A stretch of 60,622 nt of DNA, counting the filler. It is 5 parts of 5 records of this genome, joined end to end, with 100 filler letters (N's around TTAATTAATTAA, not from the genome) between each part and the next. Parts side by side here need not be neighbours in the genome. Positions count along the whole stretch, not along the records: positions 15,019 to 31,526 come from SRR22947725_561; 4 more parts are not named here. One strand, 5' to 3'. A program made the position numbers and the translations under genes. Positions 18,197 through 28,652 of the stretch are shown here, in pieces. Every line of letters starts with the position of its first letter. Positions within the stretch are counted from its first letter, which is position 1. The notes under the pieces were generated by a model. That model was not told where the DNA came from. It saw only the letters and a program-made list of their open reading frames with translations, and made no database searches.

Positions 18197-20208
18197 TAAT
18201 TCGTAAGCCCATGATGAAAAAGTAAGGCATCAATTTTTGGCTTTCTACCCCTGAAGGCGATAAAAGAATCCATTGCAGACCTAGATCCACCTCGTGAAAG
18301 AATCTCCTTCCTAAATTTATTACCCGCAGTCTTCGATAAAATTCCTATATCTTCAAATAAACTATATGCATCTGCAGAAAGAACTTCAGCCCATTTATAA
18401 CTGTAGTAAGCAGATGAATAACCACCTGAAAAAATATGACTAAAACTATGAGGAAATTTGTTCCATGTGGGTGTATTTATGACTGAAACTTCAGATCTTA
18501 CATTTTTAAGAATTTTCATAAAATTTCTATTTTTGGAAGAGTATTCACTGTGAAGTTTAATGTCAAACAATGCAAATTCAACTTGTCTTAATGTTTGCAT
18601 GCCTGACTGGAAATTTTTTGATGCTAAAAGTTTATTAAAAAGTTTTTTAGGCATACAAGTTTTGGTAGCCTTATTGAATGACATATCTTTAATAACTGAC
18701 CATTCCCAACAATAATTTTCCATAAATTGACTAGGGAGTTCAACCGCGTCCCACTCTACTCCTTTAATTCCAGAGATAGAATATTCAGTTACTTCTGTTA
18801 AGAGATGATGAAGTCCGTGACCAAATTCATGAAACAATGTAATGACCTCATCATGAGTTAAAAAGGCCTTTCCATTTAGTGGAGGTGTAAAATTACACGT
18901 TAAGTATGCAACGGGTTCTTCTTCCTCATTTTTAAATTTAAACCTTGATATTGCCTCGTCCATCCAAGCTCCACCACGTTTATTTGGCCTAGCATATAAA
19001 TCTAAATAAAACTTGCCCACTAGTTGCTTTTTATTATTATGTATCTCAAAAAATTTAACATCTTTATGCCAGGTTGAGGTATTTGTTTCATGAATATTCA
19101 AACCATAAATTTTTTTACATATATTAAAAAGACCATTTAAAACGTTATTGATCGGAAAATATTGTTTAATTTCTTCATCGGTTATACTGAATTTTCTTTT
19201 TTTAAGTTTTTCTGACAAATATGGAATGTCCCAGGGTTCAACTTTAGAAAAACCAAATTCACTCGCTATTTCATGAATATCACTCATATCTCTTAATGCT
19301 GATTTTTTGGCTTTTCTTGTTAGTTTAGATAAAAAAGATGAAACTTCTTTTGATGACCTAGCCATTTTTGTTTTTAAAAGCATAGATGAGATATCAGTGA
19401 AGCCTAACAGTTTTGATAATTCATATTTGAACTTAAGAATATTATTTATATTTTTTGTATTATCAAATTTACTATTCATTAAAGCAGAAGCTTTTGTGGA
19501 GTATGCGTAGTAGATATCCTTCCTCAATTTTCTATCATCCGCATATTGAATAATTGGTAAATAGCTTGGAAAATCAATAGTAAATAACCAACCTTTAATT
19601 TTTTTAGCCTTGGCTTTTGAGAGAGCAGACTTAACTACATCATTAGGGATTCCTTTTAAGGAACTTTTGTTTGAAACAACTAACTTGAAATTATTAATTG
19701 AATCTAAAATATTTTCATCAAATGAAGATGATAGTTTTGATAAATGACTTTGTATTTTTTTAAATTTTAGCTTTTCTTTTTTTGGTAGTGCAACTCCAGA
19801 TAGTTCAAAAGATATAATTTCATTTTTTACAAGTTTCTTTTGTGCCTCAGTTAGATTTAAATTATTTTTGAGTAATTTTTTATATTTGCTATACAAGATA
19901 TGGCTTTGTCCAAGATCAGAAAAATACTCAGTGATCATAGCAAGTGCTTGGTTATATGCTTTTCTGTATGAGGCAGAGCTTCTCACAGAATTTATATGAT
20001 TAATGTAGGACCAAACCCTTCCTAACTTTTCATTACATTTTTCCAATGGAATGATGAAGTTATTCCAATTCGGTAATTCTTTTATCGATTCTATTTTTAA
20101 TATGCTCTTTCTATTATCAATAATGACTTTATTAATAGCTGGAATGACATGTTGAGATTTTATTACATTGAAATCTGGAAGCTTATCTCTTACTAAAAAT
20201 GGGTTCAT
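18196..20208 (-). CDS. prlC: Oligopeptidase A (M3 peptidase)
   Basis: KRGGAWMD, HEFGHGLHH, DAVELPSQ, YYSYKWAEVL. Confidence 0.95.
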   Translation of the reverse strand: MNPFLVRDKLPDFNVIKSQHVIPAINKVIIDNRKSILKIESIKELPNWNNFIIPLEKCNEKLGRVWSYINHINSVRSSASYRKAYNQALAMITEYFSDLGQSHILYSKYKKLLKNNLNLTEAQKKLVKNEIISFELSGVALPKKEKLKFKKIQSHLSKLSSSFDENILDSINNFKLVVSNKSSLKGIPNDVVKSALSKAKAKKIKGWLFTIDFPSYLPIIQYADDRKLRKDIYYAYSTKASALMNSKFDNTKNINNILKFKYELSKLLGFTDISSMLLKTKMARSSKEVSSFLSKLTRKAKKSALRDMSDIHEIASEFGFSKVEPWDIPYLSEKLKKRKFSITDEEIKQYFPINNVLNGLFNICKKIYGLNIHETNTSTWHKDVKFFEIHNNKKQLVGKFYLDLYARPNKRGGAWMDEAISRFKFKNEEEEPVAYLTCNFTPPLNGKAFLTHDEVITLFHEFGHGLHHLLTEVTEYSISGIKGVEWDAVELPSQFMENYCWEWSVIKDMSFNKATKTCMPKKLFNKLLASKNFQSGMQTLRQVEFALFDIKLHSEYSSKNRNFMKILKNVRSEVSVINTPTWNKFPHSFSHIFSGGYSSAYYSYKWAEVLSADAYSLFEDIGILSKTAGNKFRKEILSRGGSRSAMDSFIAFRGRKPKIDALLFHHGLTN

Positions 20209-20272
20209 ATGGATTGAAATTTAAATATTTAAATTGATAAGGCTAAATTAAGCAAAAAAAATTCCAATTAAA

Positions 20273-20605
20273 TTAATTTTCAGCAGAAAAATTAGTTCTT
20301 TTAAAATTACTTTGAGAATTATGATCCTTCATTTTTTCGTTATGTTTTATTATTTGTTTATCGAGCTTATTTACTAATAAGTCGATCGATTGATACATAT
20401 CAGGACTTGAACACTTGGCATGAAGATCAGTTTTAGGCAAATAAATATTCCCTTCAGCATTATGGGTAATATTATCAACACTTAGTATAATTTTAATTTC
20501 TAAAATACTGTGCGAATGCCCCTTTAATTTTCTTATTTTTTTTTCAATATGGTCTTTTAGACCTTCAGTAATCTCTAGTTTATGACCAGTAATATTTATT
20601 TCCAT
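20273..20605 (-). CDS. hpf: Ribosome hibernation promoting factor (short HPF)
   Basis: INITGHKLEITE, DMYQSIDLLVNKLDKQ; downstream of rpoN. Confidence 0.93.
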   Translation of the reverse strand: MEINITGHKLEITEGLKDHIEKKIRKLKGHSHSILEIKIILSVDNITHNAEGNIYLPKTDLHAKCSSPDMYQSIDLLVNKLDKQIIKHNEKMKDHNSQSNFKRTNFSAEN

Positions 20606-20614
20606 AAGTTAATT

Positions 20615-21922
20615 TTATACTTTTCTTTGGTTGGATGGCAAAATTTTTAATTTTAAGCGATATTTTGCAATCGTCCTTCTAGAAATATTTATTCCAAGTT
20701 TATTTAGCGTATTGCAAATCTGAGCATCTGAATAAGGTTTATTTACATCTTCATTTTCAATAAGGGTTTTTATTTTATGAGTAATTGATTTTGATGAAAT
20801 ATCTTTATTATCTCCACTAATTGAATTGTTGAAAAAAAATTTAATTTCGTATATTCCATGTGGAGTAGAAATAAATTTATTTGAAGAGATTCTTGAAATT
20901 GTGGATTCATGAAGTTCAAGTTCATATGCAATATTTTTTAATGATAGTGGCTTAATATACGATTCACCTTTTTCTAAAAAATCAATTTGATTTTTCATAA
21001 TTGCTTTGGTTACTCTTAAGATGGAAATTGACCTTTCACTTAAGTTTTTAATTAACCATTTAGCTTCCTGAAATTTTTCCTTTAATTCTTGATCATGCTC
21101 ACCTTTTATTATATTTTGAGCATTATTAACTATTTTAAGTTGAATACTATTTTCCTCATTTAATGATGTAACCCAATCTCCCTTTTCCTTATGCATAAAT
21201 ACATCTGCATTTATAAATGATGTTTTGCTTATTTTTTGATAAATAAGCCCGGGTTTTGGGTTTAATTTTTTTATTAAAGCAATAACTTTTTCTAAATCCG
21301 CATCATTGCATTTTAAATTCTTCATCAATTCTTCATAATTTTTGTTGCCAAGTAAATTTAAATAATTTTTGGTCAATATTTTCGCCAAGTTGCAAATATT
21401 ATCTTGAGGCTCTATGAGTTCTAACTGGATTGTTAAGCATTCTGAGAGATCTCTTGCGCCAATCCCAGGGTGCGTTGAATTTTGAATAAGCTTCAATAAT
21501 TTTTCTATTTCATTTACGTGAGGTTTTTTTTCTAATGATATAGAGCTTATTATTTCATCAATTGAACTTATTAAATATCCATTTTCATCAATTGAATCAA
21601 TAAGATAAGATAATATTAATTGATCTTCAGGGCTAAAATTAAAAATAGAAATATTTTCAATTAAATATTCCTTTAAAGTTTGATTTTTTATTTCGGAGTT
21701 GAAAACATCATAATAATCTTCATTTGATGAATTAGTGTATGGTAATTTTTTTTGAGATAGTAATGATTCATCTTTTGCAGCGAGAAAAACATTATCTGAT
21801 AGGTACTCCTCGATTAAATCATTTAATTCAGATTGGGAGGCATTTAGAAATTTAATTGATTGCTGAAGAAGCGGCGTTAATTTTATGGATTGCGATAATC
21901 TAAAATTTAAACCTAATTTCAT
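20615..21922 (-). CDS. rpoN: RNA polymerase sigma-54 factor
   Basis: Region I LTPLLQQSIKFL, PGIGARDLSECL, LHESTISR HTH, RpoN box SRRTIAKYR. Confidence 0.95.
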   Translation of the reverse strand: MKLGLNFRLSQSIKLTPLLQQSIKFLNASQSELNDLIEEYLSDNVFLAAKDESLLSQKKLPYTNSSNEDYYDVFNSEIKNQTLKEYLIENISIFNFSPEDQLILSYLIDSIDENGYLISSIDEIISSISLEKKPHVNEIEKLLKLIQNSTHPGIGARDLSECLTIQLELIEPQDNICNLAKILTKNYLNLLGNKNYEELMKNLKCNDADLEKVIALIKKLNPKPGLIYQKISKTSFINADVFMHKEKGDWVTSLNEENSIQLKIVNNAQNIIKGEHDQELKEKFQEAKWLIKNLSERSISILRVTKAIMKNQIDFLEKGESYIKPLSLKNIAYELELHESTISRISSNKFISTPHGIYEIKFFFNNSISGDNKDISSKSITHKIKTLIENEDVNKPYSDAQICNTLNKLGINISRRTIAKYRLKLKILPSNQRKV

Positions 21923-22645
21923 TTAAAGAGTAAAGTTTTCGCCTAAATAGATGTCTTTTACATTTTGATTTTGAGCAATCACTCTTGGAGATCCTTTAGC
22001 AAAAATTTCTCCTTGATTGACAATATAAGCTTGATCACAGATACCTAAGGTTTCCCTTACACTGTGGTCAGTAATTAGAATGCCAATTCCATTAGAAGCA
22101 AGTTGTTTTATAATTTTTTGAATATCAATTACAGCTATAGGATCAATACCTGCAAAGGGTTCATCAAGAAGTATGAATTTTGGATTATTTGCTAGACATC
22201 TTGCAATTTCAACCCTTCTTCTTTCACCTCCAGAGAGGCTAATTGCTGGGTTTTTTTTAATATGTTGAATATTTAATTCTTGCAATAGGCGCTCAAGCTC
22301 AACTTGGATTTGTTTTTTATTTAAGTTTTTTAGCTCTAATATGCTTAAAATATTTTCGCTCACATCCATTTTTCGAAAAATTGAAGGCTCCTGAGGTAAG
22401 TATGAAATTCCTTGTTTTGCTCGCATGTGAATAGGTGTTTTAGTCAGATTTTTTTTATCTAATAAAATATTGCCGTGATCTGCAGCTATTAAACCAACTA
22501 TCATATAAAAAGTAGTCGTTTTGCCTGCTCCATTGGGTCCAAGAAGACCAACGATTTGCCCACTTGTAATTTCAAGAGAAACATTTTTCACAACAACATT
22601 TTTTTTATAGCTTTTTCTTAAGTTTTGTATTGTTAAGGTAGTCAT
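21923..22645 (-). CDS. lptB: LPS export ABC ATPase LptB
   Basis: [34 protein letters not shown]. Confidence 0.96.
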   Translation of the reverse strand: MTTLTIQNLRKSYKKNVVVKNVSLEITSGQIVGLLGPNGAGKTTTFYMIVGLIAADHGNILLDKKNLTKTPIHMRAKQGISYLPQEPSIFRKMDVSENILSILELKNLNKKQIQVELERLLQELNIQHIKKNPAISLSGGERRRVEIARCLANNPKFILLDEPFAGIDPIAVIDIQKIIKQLASNGIGILITDHSVRETLGICDQAYIVNQGEIFAKGSPRVIAQNQNVKDIYLGENFTL

Positions 22646-23163
22646 TATTTTTTTGGTTTAATAATTGCTTTTGTTCGACCTTTTTTCTTAGAGGTCTCAT
22701 CATTATCCTTTCTAGATAATGCCTGGGCAAACTCACTTGTAGCGTCATACATTATGTAATCACCCCATACCTCATCATCTCCTCTTTTAACAAAAGCCTC
22801 TTCATATAAATGAATTTTATCCATGTGGCCGTCATACTCAATTCGGAGTGCTTTACCTTCAATGTACTCATCCGAATCTTTCATTTTTTGCTTGAAAGTT
22901 GTTGGGTTACCGATAGATGTACTATGTTGAAAGCCTTGTCTATCCTCCCTAATAATCAACCTGTCTGCGTTTATAATTAGAGAGCCTTGAGTTAGAACAA
23001 CATCGCCTTCATAAGTGCTAGTATTTTTTGTTTCTTCGACCATCATCGTATCAGCTTCAATTTCTATAGGTTGATCACTGTCTGCTTCCTCTGAAAAAGC
23101 AAGCTCAGGGATTAAAATTACTAGCAAGAAAGTAAAAAAGATATTTTTATTTAATGTATTCAA
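22645..23163 (-). CDS. lptA: LPS transport periplasmic protein LptA
   Basis: Signal peptide, [21 protein letters not shown]; between lptC and lptB. Confidence 0.92.
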   Translation of the reverse strand: MNTLNKNIFFTFLLVILIPELAFSEEADSDQPIEIEADTMMVEETKNTSTYEGDVVLTQGSLIINADRLIIREDRQGFQHSTSIGNPTTFKQKMKDSDEYIEGKALRIEYDGHMDKIHLYEEAFVKRGDDEVWGDYIMYDATSEFAQALSRKDNDETSKKKGRTKAIIKPKK

Positions 23164-23753
23164 TATTTGAATCTTTTATCGCCCTTTGGTTTTTCATAAC
23201 GAACTTTTACATTGCTTAAAAGTTTTAAAACACCATCTTTATTATCATACTTCATTCCAACACCGTCTATTTCAATATTTGGTTCCTGAATCATCTTTAC
23301 TGCCTTTTGGCTTGTAACAACATCTAATTTTGAGTAGATATTTAGTTCATTAGTATAAAGCTTCAAAACCTTTTTTGTTTTTGTTGGAAGTCTAACAAGA
23401 ATGGCATTTTCTTTAAGAACAATCTCCTCGCCTTTGTCACTTACCTCGCCAATATCACTATATATGGTCGAATGTTTTTTTTTATTTTTATATTTTGTAT
23501 AAAAAGGCTTGGTTAACGTAGTTTTATTTTGTTCTTCAAAATGTTTCATATATTTAGCTTTGAGGGAAGATTGTAAATTACCATCTTTATCAGTTTTTGT
23601 GGAGTCAAAGTTTTTTAGAAAAAATGATGGTCCACTATTTTTACTAATAGTAAAGTTTTTATATTCATTGATAACTTCCTCTTTAAGCCAAAATGAGGCT
23701 AACGCAACAATAGCTATAAAAATTAAAGCAAATGAAGTTGATAGAAAGTTCAT
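23160..23753 (-). CDS. lptC: LPS export protein LptC
   Basis: N-terminal TM, beta-rich periplasmic domain ending LLSNVKVRYE; operon position. Confidence 0.88.
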   Translation of the reverse strand: MNFLSTSFALIFIAIVALASFWLKEEVINEYKNFTISKNSGPSFFLKNFDSTKTDKDGNLQSSLKAKYMKHFEEQNKTTLTKPFYTKYKNKKKHSTIYSDIGEVSDKGEEIVLKENAILVRLPTKTKKVLKLYTNELNIYSKLDVVTSQKAVKMIQEPNIEIDGVGMKYDNKDGVLKLLSNVKVRYEKPKGDKRFKY

Positions 23754-24709
23754 AAAATTCTTGCTTTGAAGAGGCTTTGAAGAGTAAGTGAACCTACTAA
23801 GGAGTTATTTTTCTCAATAATTAAAAAGGACGTAATTTTTTGTTTTTCCATGATCTTAAGAGCTTCTATTGCCATTTGTGAGTTTCTTAATTTAACGGGA
23901 TTTTTTTTCATTACCTCAGACATAGGTGTTTCAAGTGAAATGTGATTTAAAAGTGATCTTCTTAAGTCTCCATCAGTAAATATACCTTTTGGTATATTTT
24001 GGCTATCTATAATTGCTGTAAAACCCAGTTTCTTTTTTGTAATTTCTTCTATTGCATCTTTAACAGTTGCTTCTAATCTTACTTTTGGAGTAGATTCATA
24101 GTCAATCATAATTTCATTAATATGGACTATTTTACCAAGAGAGCCACCTGGGTGTGATCTTGCAAAGTCCTCTGTGCCAAAATTTCTTTCGTCAAGCACA
24201 CAAACAGCTAGTGCGTCTCCTAATGCTAACATGAGCGATGAGCTTGCAGTTGGAGCAAGATTAAGAGGACATGCTTCTTTTGTTACTGAAGAATCAATAT
24301 GAATATTACTTTCAGCAGATAAGTTAGACTTTTTATTTCCTGTGATACTTATAATTTTTGCACCTATTCTTTTGATATGAGGGAGCAATATCATTAATTC
24401 ATCACTTTCGCCTGAATTAGAAAGAAAAATTACGATATCTCTTTCTGTAATCATACCCAGATCACCATGACTTGCTTCACCTGGATGCATAAAGAAAGAT
24501 GGGGTTCCTGTGCTTGAAAATGTAGACGCTATTTTGCCTGCAATATGACCCGACTTTCCGATCCCACTTAGTATGACTCTGCCTTTACATTGAAGAATAT
24601 AGTCGACAGCTTGAGAAAATTCATTTGATAATCTACTTGCAGCTATCGTAATTTCATTTGCCTCAATTTTTAAAACATCTTGGGCTAGTTTGATTCTTTT
24701 GGATGACAT
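23750..24709 (-). CDS. kdsD: Arabinose-5-phosphate isomerase (SIS + CBS)
   Basis: GIGKSGHI, HPGEASHGDLG, EACPLNLAPT, SHPGG, tandem CBS domains. Confidence 0.94.
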   Translation of the reverse strand: MSSKRIKLAQDVLKIEANEITIAASRLSNEFSQAVDYILQCKGRVILSGIGKSGHIAGKIASTFSSTGTPSFFMHPGEASHGDLGMITERDIVIFLSNSGESDELMILLPHIKRIGAKIISITGNKKSNLSAESNIHIDSSVTKEACPLNLAPTASSSLMLALGDALAVCVLDERNFGTEDFARSHPGGSLGKIVHINEIMIDYESTPKVRLEATVKDAIEEITKKKLGFTAIIDSQNIPKGIFTDGDLRRSLLNHISLETPMSEVMKKNPVKLRNSQMAIEALKIMEKQKITSFLIIEKNNSLVGSLTLQSLFKARIL

Positions 24710-24796
24710 ATTTTCATATAAATTATATTTATAATTCCATAAGTATAGTGTGGTTTGATAGTAGAATAAAGGATATAAAAAAGGTTTTAATAGTTT

Positions 24797-26773
24797 ATGT
24801 TTGAATCCCTTCAGTTAATAATTTTATTGCTTGTCAGCTCTGTTTGTTTAGTAGCTCTTTTTAAATATTTATCACTGCCCCCTATGATTGCATATTTTGT
24901 GGTGGGCCTAGTTCTTGGCCCTAACGCTTTGGCAATTCTTCCAGACTCTGAATCAAGTCGACATTTTGTAGAATTTGGAATTGTTTTTTTAATGTTTACG
25001 ATTGGTTTGGAATTTAGTCTACCTAAGCTAAATTCAATGAGAAAAATATTGTTTGGGTTAGGTGGCTCACAAGTATTAATCACGCTAATAGCCGTAATAA
25101 TAATTGGTCTCTTTTTTGGTTTGCAATTACCCTCAGCTTTCATTATCGGTGCAGCACTAACAATGTCATCTACGGCAATCGTCTCAAAGATTTTAATTGA
25201 AAGATCTGACTTAAACAGTCGTCATGGGCGTTTGTCTATTGGCATTCTATTATTTCAAGATATCGCAGTAATATTTATCTTAATTTTAATTCCTGTTTTT
25301 AATAATTTAGATGCCGATTTATTTAAACTCATATCATTTGCATTATTAAAAATTATTTTCTTGTTATTTATTGTGTTTAAAGCTGGAAAACCTGTCATGA
25401 ACTTTTGGTTTGATATTGTTGCAAAAAATAAATCAAGAGAACTATTTGTTTTAAATGTCTTGATGATTACACTTATTTTTTCATATTTCACTAAACTAGC
25501 AGGGTTATCTTATGCGCTTGGAGCCTTTCTTGCTGGCATGATTATTTCTGAAACTCGATACAGACACCAAGTTGAGTCAGATATAACTTCATTTAGAAAT
25601 ATTTTATTAGGTCTATTTTTTATAAGTGTGGGAATGATGCTTAATATAGATATTTTTAAAAGTAACTTCGCACTTATTATTTTTCTTTTTTTTACTTTTA
25701 CAATTTTTAAAATCGTTCTAATAACAGCTTTAACAATGATTTTTAAATATGAGTTGGGAGTTGGAATTAGGACTGGAATTATTTTGTCTCAAGCGGGTGA
25801 ATTTGGTTTTGTTATTCTCGCCCTGGGACAAAAAAATGGAATAATATCTGGTGATATATTTCAAATAATTTTATCTGTTTGTTTGTTGTCTATGTTAATC
25901 GCACCAATACTAATTCCACTGAATGGTCGAATTGCAAGATGTATCGCTAAAGGATACTCAAAAAAATCAGAAACACTTGTTAAACAAATTGAAGGAGTGG
26001 GCCATGAGTATTCAGATCATGTGATCTTGTGCGGCTATGGAAGAAGTGGACAGTACCTTGGGAGGTTTTTAAAAGAAGAAAATATAGATTTTATAGCCAT
26101 TGATATGGATTTAAACAGAGTAAGTGATGCATCTATTGCAGGCGAAAACGTAATGTATGGAGATGCGAGTAGAAGAATTGTTCTTAAGGCAGCGGGAATA
26201 GAGAGAGCAAAAGCAATTATTGTTGCATATACAGATGATAGGTCTACAGAAAAAGTGCTTAACGTAATAAGAGAATCCTATCCCATCTTACCTGTAATTG
26301 TTCGTACGAAAGATGAGTCTTCTGTAGAAAAATTACAAAATGCTGGGGCGACAGATGTAGTGCCAGAAGTTCAAGAAGGAAGTTTAATGTTAGCTTCACA
26401 TGCTCTCGTATTACTCGGTATACCCCTAAGCAATGTTATAAAAAAAATTAGAATTTTTAGAAGTGATAGATACAAAATGTTTCGGGGCTACTTTGCTGGG
26501 GCAACAGACGTTGACTCGGAAAGTGTTAATCAAGATTTACTGCAACTTCACTCAATTGAAATAAAAGAATATTTTTTTGCTAATAACAAAACAATTTCTG
26601 AATTGATAATAAAGAGTTTTGATATAGAACTTCAATATATAAGAAGGCCTAATATGCTTGAAAATATTGAGCCAAGACCAGACATTCTGATATCTTCAGA
26701 TGATATTTTAGTTATTGTAGGTACCCAAATAAATTTAAATTTGTTTGAAAAATATGTAATCAATGGAGACTAA
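24797..26773 (+). CDS. CPA2 cation:proton antiporter with RCK domains (KefB/KefC-like)
   Basis: FLMFTIGLEF, SSTAIV, LLFQD, QAGEF, GYGRSG TrkA-N, C-terminal TrkA-C-like region. Confidence 0.9.
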   Translation: MFESLQLIILLLVSSVCLVALFKYLSLPPMIAYFVVGLVLGPNALAILPDSESSRHFVEFGIVFLMFTIGLEFSLPKLNSMRKILFGLGGSQVLITLIAVIIIGLFFGLQLPSAFIIGAALTMSSTAIVSKILIERSDLNSRHGRLSIGILLFQDIAVIFILILIPVFNNLDADLFKLISFALLKIIFLLFIVFKAGKPVMNFWFDIVAKNKSRELFVLNVLMITLIFSYFTKLAGLSYALGAFLAGMIISETRYRHQVESDITSFRNILLGLFFISVGMMLNIDIFKSNFALIIFLFFTFTIFKIVLITALTMIFKYELGVGIRTGIILSQAGEFGFVILALGQKNGIISGDIFQIILSVCLLSMLIAPILIPLNGRIARCIAKGYSKKSETLVKQIEGVGHEYSDHVILCGYGRSGQYLGRFLKEENIDFIAIDMDLNRVSDASIAGENVMYGDASRRIVLKAAGIERAKAIIVAYTDDRSTEKVLNVIRESYPILPVIVRTKDESSVEKLQNAGATDVVPEVQEGSLMLASHALVLLGIPLSNVIKKIRIFRSDRYKMFRGYFAGATDVDSESVNQDLLQLHSIEIKEYFFANNKTISELIIKSFDIELQYIRRPNMLENIEPRPDILISSDDILVIVGTQINLNLFEKYVINGD

Positions 26774-26776
26774 TTG

Positions 26777-27784
26777 ATGGCCTTAAGAGCCGTTATTATT
26801 GGTGGAGGTATTGTTGGTTGTTTAACCGCAATTAAACTTATAGAAAATGGATATGATGTAACTATGATTGATAGATCAGTGATAGGGGAGGAATCATCAG
26901 CTGCCGGAGCAGGAATAATATTTCCACTAATGCCATGGAACTATAAATCAAGAGTGTACGAGTTATGCCTTGATGCTTTAAGTTTTTATAAAAATTTCTC
27001 AAAAAAACTTGTCAAATATGGATTTGAAGATCCAGAATTTATTGAATCAGGAATGATCTGCATTGAACCGGAGGATAAAAGAGAAATTTTGCAATGGGCT
27101 AAAAAAAATAATTTTAGAATAAATGAATATTTATTTCATAATAGACCTGCATACGAACTCCTTAAGGTAGCTCAAATTAATCCCAAAAAATTAATGATAT
27201 CCATAAAGCAATACCTCTTAGAGCTTGGCGTTAATTTAATTGAGAATGTACGTATGTCTAAAATTGAAAATAAATCAAATTATTTGAAGGAATGGCCAAC
27301 AGAAAGTAATGGATTTATAAAGGGCGATCTTTTTGTAACAACCTTAGGAGCTTGGAGCTCAGAAATTAATGATGATCTTAGAAATAGAATCTACCCAATA
27401 AGAGGTCAAGTTATTATCTATCCAAAATCTGAAATTAAACTTGATAAAATTTTATATAAAGATGATTTTTATTTATTACAAAGAAAATGTGGATCAATTT
27501 TAGCAGGAAGCACAGTTGAAAATGTAGGTTTTAATAAAACTACTACGTTAGAAGCAGCAAAAGAACTTAATGAGAAGGCAGTTGATCTGGTTCCAGAATT
27601 AGGTGCACTTGATCCATGTAATCAATGGGCAGGTTTAAGGCCGGGAGCTAAAGAAAATATTCCATTCATAAAGCAAGACAACTTTTATAAAAATGTTTAC
27701 ATAAATTCCGGACATTACAGATATGGACTGACTATGGCACCAAAATCTGCTGATGAATTATTGCAATTAATTGAAAACAATTAA
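26777..27784 (+). CDS. FAD-dependent oxidase, glycine oxidase ThiO/DAO family
   Basis: GGGIVG, SSAAGAGI, YPIRGQ, WAGLRP, GHYRYG. Confidence 0.82.
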   Translation: MALRAVIIGGGIVGCLTAIKLIENGYDVTMIDRSVIGEESSAAGAGIIFPLMPWNYKSRVYELCLDALSFYKNFSKKLVKYGFEDPEFIESGMICIEPEDKREILQWAKKNNFRINEYLFHNRPAYELLKVAQINPKKLMISIKQYLLELGVNLIENVRMSKIENKSNYLKEWPTESNGFIKGDLFVTTLGAWSSEINDDLRNRIYPIRGQVIIYPKSEIKLDKILYKDDFYLLQRKCGSILAGSTVENVGFNKTTTLEAAKELNEKAVDLVPELGALDPCNQWAGLRPGAKENIPFIKQDNFYKNVYINSGHYRYGLTMAPKSADELLQLIENN

Positions 27785-28652
27785 ATTGAAAAAAATAAAG
27801 ATAATTTGGCGTTTCAGTGATGGTAAGTTAGGCCATGACAAACAGTCTATTGCGCTTATAAAAAACATAAAAAATTGTACTAAGTGCAGAGTGTTCGATA
27901 TAAATGTAAAAAGCTTTAAAGATGCTTTCTTAGGAATATTTTTTAAAAAATATAAAATTGCGACAGGTATGCCTAAACCTGATATTGCAATAGGGGCAGG
28001 ACATAAAACACATTTTCATTTGTTGGCCACAAAAAGATGTTTTAAAGCAAAAATTATAGTCATCATGAAACCTAGTCTTCCGACAAAATTATTCGATTTA
28101 TGCGTAATTCCGAAACATGATGAGTTTAAAGATAGCTCAAATATTATTACCACTCATACCCCTATGGTAAGTATAAATTCGAAAATAAAAAAAAAGGAAA
28201 ATATAGGATTATTTTTGGTAGGTGGTCCCTCAAAACACTATTATTGGAATACAAAATTAGTTTTAGATCAAGTAAAGGAAATATCAAAAAAATTTAAATG
28301 CAGTAAGTTTTTTTTGACAACTTCAAGAAGGACGCCGATAAATTTTATTAATGATCTAGATAATTTAAAACTTAAAAATATTAAGGGATATGAATACGCA
28401 AAAATAGAGAGTAATTGGCTGGATAAGCATATCGGTAAGGTTAAAAATATCTGGGTCACAAATGATTCATACTCGATGATTATTGAAGCTATTGCTTCAG
28501 GAGCCAACACAGATATTATTGACCTGAAAATTAAAAAAAATACAAAATTATCTGGCGAAATAAGCATGATTAAGCGAAATATAAGAAAAAAAATACCTAT
28601 TCAAAACGAAGCCAAAAGGGTGGCTAAATTCATTCAAAAAAAATGGTTATAA
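27771..28652 (+). CDS. ELM1/GtrOC1-family putative glycosyltransferase
   Basis: SDGKLGHDKQS, IPKHD, LVGGPSKHY, TTSRRTP, VTNDSYSMIIEA. Confidence 0.8.
   Translation: MKTIKLKKIKIIWRFSDGKLGHDKQSIALIKNIKNCTKCRVFDINVKSFKDAFLGIFFKKYKIATGMPKPDIAIGAGHKTHFHLLATKRCFKAKIIVIMKPSLPTKLFDLCVIPKHDEFKDSSNIITTHTPMVSINSKIKKKENIGLFLVGGPSKHYYWNTKLVLDQVKEISKKFKCSKFFLTTSRRTPINFINDLDNLKLKNIKGYEYAKIESNWLDKHIGKVKNIWVTNDSYSMIIEAIASGANTDIIDLKIKKNTKLSGEISMIKRNIRKKIPIQNEAKRVAKFIQKKWL

Noticed and set aside
20218-20235. Perfect 18-bp palindrome AATTTAAATATTTAAATT upstream of prlC
   Set aside because: A/T-only in very AT-rich DNA with no recognisable operator; may be chance.
20615-21922. rpoN as the sigma factor for the flagellar promoters in 1-11361
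   Set aside because: It lies on a different contig, apparently from a different proteobacterial class.
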